Source: an uncultured bacterium
GTDB taxonomy: Bacteria > Patescibacteriota > Minisyncoccia > UBA6257 > GWB1-50-10
Direction: 5' to 3'
Length of the DNA stretch: 64,000 nt
Assembly (NCBI GenBank): GCA_963722655.1
Contig: CAVRNT010000001.1
Span: forward strand, 313,808-377,807
Position 1 is the first letter of the stretch. Each line of letters opens with the position of its first letter. Shown piece by piece: positions 63,763 through 64,000 of the stretch. The notes below the pieces were generated by a model. That model had not been told where the DNA came from. It made no database searches and saw only the letters and a list, made by a program, of their open reading frames with translations. Both the position numbers and the translations under genes were made by a program.

Positions 63763-64000
63763 ATTCAAGTTGGCGAATGGCCAGAAAAATATTCTTTTAT
63801 CGTACACACCGACACTCATAAGCAAACTCACGCATGGCAAAAGAGTGTGGTTTTTCGATTAATCGCCGAGCTTGAAAATTTGGCCAAATCCGACAAAGTT
63901 AAACTCGCTGATTTCTTGCGAGAATCTTTAAAGGATTTGAACCTCTCCATTGGACAAATGAAGTTTCCCCTGCCCAATGAAGATGTCATTGGGAATGCGA
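63763..64000 (+). pseudogene. in-frame continuation of the upstream ATPase ORF after a single TAA (disrupted gene, or an independent downstream ORF)
   Basis: 79 stop-free codons (IQVGEWPEKYSFIVHTDTHKQTHAWQKS...) follow in the same frame as 62752..63762. The first in-frame start candidates are GTG 63847 and ATG 63958. Confidence 0.3.

Noticed and set aside
1-64000. UGA recoding (Gracilibacteria/SR1-type code 25)
   Set aside because: Many conserved genes (for example trx 17716, the 8621 gene, the 21978 gene) terminate at TGA exactly where homologues end. Standard code 11 fits.
1-64000. CRISPR arrays, transposases/IS elements, integrases, rRNA genes
   Set aside because: There are no direct-repeat/spacer arrays, no DDE or tyrosine recombinase-like ORFs, and no rRNA-like sequence in either strand.

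Overview
This window is a GC-rich bacterial chromosomal segment carrying about 70 protein-coding genes, most on the + strand, plus three tRNA(-like) genes. I found no rRNA, CRISPR array, transposase or integrase.

Recognisable housekeeping content, in order:
- secD-secF, efp and mnmA
- a GAD-less bacterial-type aspS, a NUDIX hydrolase and ndk
- a thiol-disulfide module (ccdA, a hypothetical protein, a thioredoxin-like protein) with a VKOR-like gene further on
- a lower-glycolysis cluster (glycerate kinase, ppsA, D-2-hydroxyacid dehydrogenase, eno) and a short alaS
- infA-rpmJ-rpsM-rpsK-rpsD-rpoA-rplQ-rplM-rpsI, where rpoA lacks the alpha C-terminal domain
- hrcA-grpE-dnaK-(membrane protein)-dnaJ behind a CIRCE operator
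- xseA-xseB, nfo, parA, a 365-nt gap, parB, a relA/spoT gene on the minus strand divergent from groES-groEL
- lemA-htpX, an ECF sigma factor with a MacA/MacB-type efflux set, and dus

The reduced domain architectures (short AlaRS, RpoA without alphaCTD, AspRS without GAD, short HrcA), the many unannotatable membrane or secreted proteins, and the heavy use of extended -10 promoters with leaderless starts suggest a small-genome, possibly CPR/Patescibacteria-like lineage. That is inference, not a database result.

AT-rich segments interrupt the GC-rich background at about 3637-5350, 12250-13300, 33690-35490, 58000-60540 and 62700-64000. These hold the most unusual content:
- a terminator-bracketed small Cys/His-rich peptide gene
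- a tandem pair of TraD/VirD4-like ATPases behind two membrane proteins
- orphan strong promoters with no ORF (parA-parB gap, and upstream of hrcA)
- a recurring palindromic hairpin family
- a tRNA-Ser-adjacent island with a DEAD-like P-loop ATPase interrupted by an in-frame TAA
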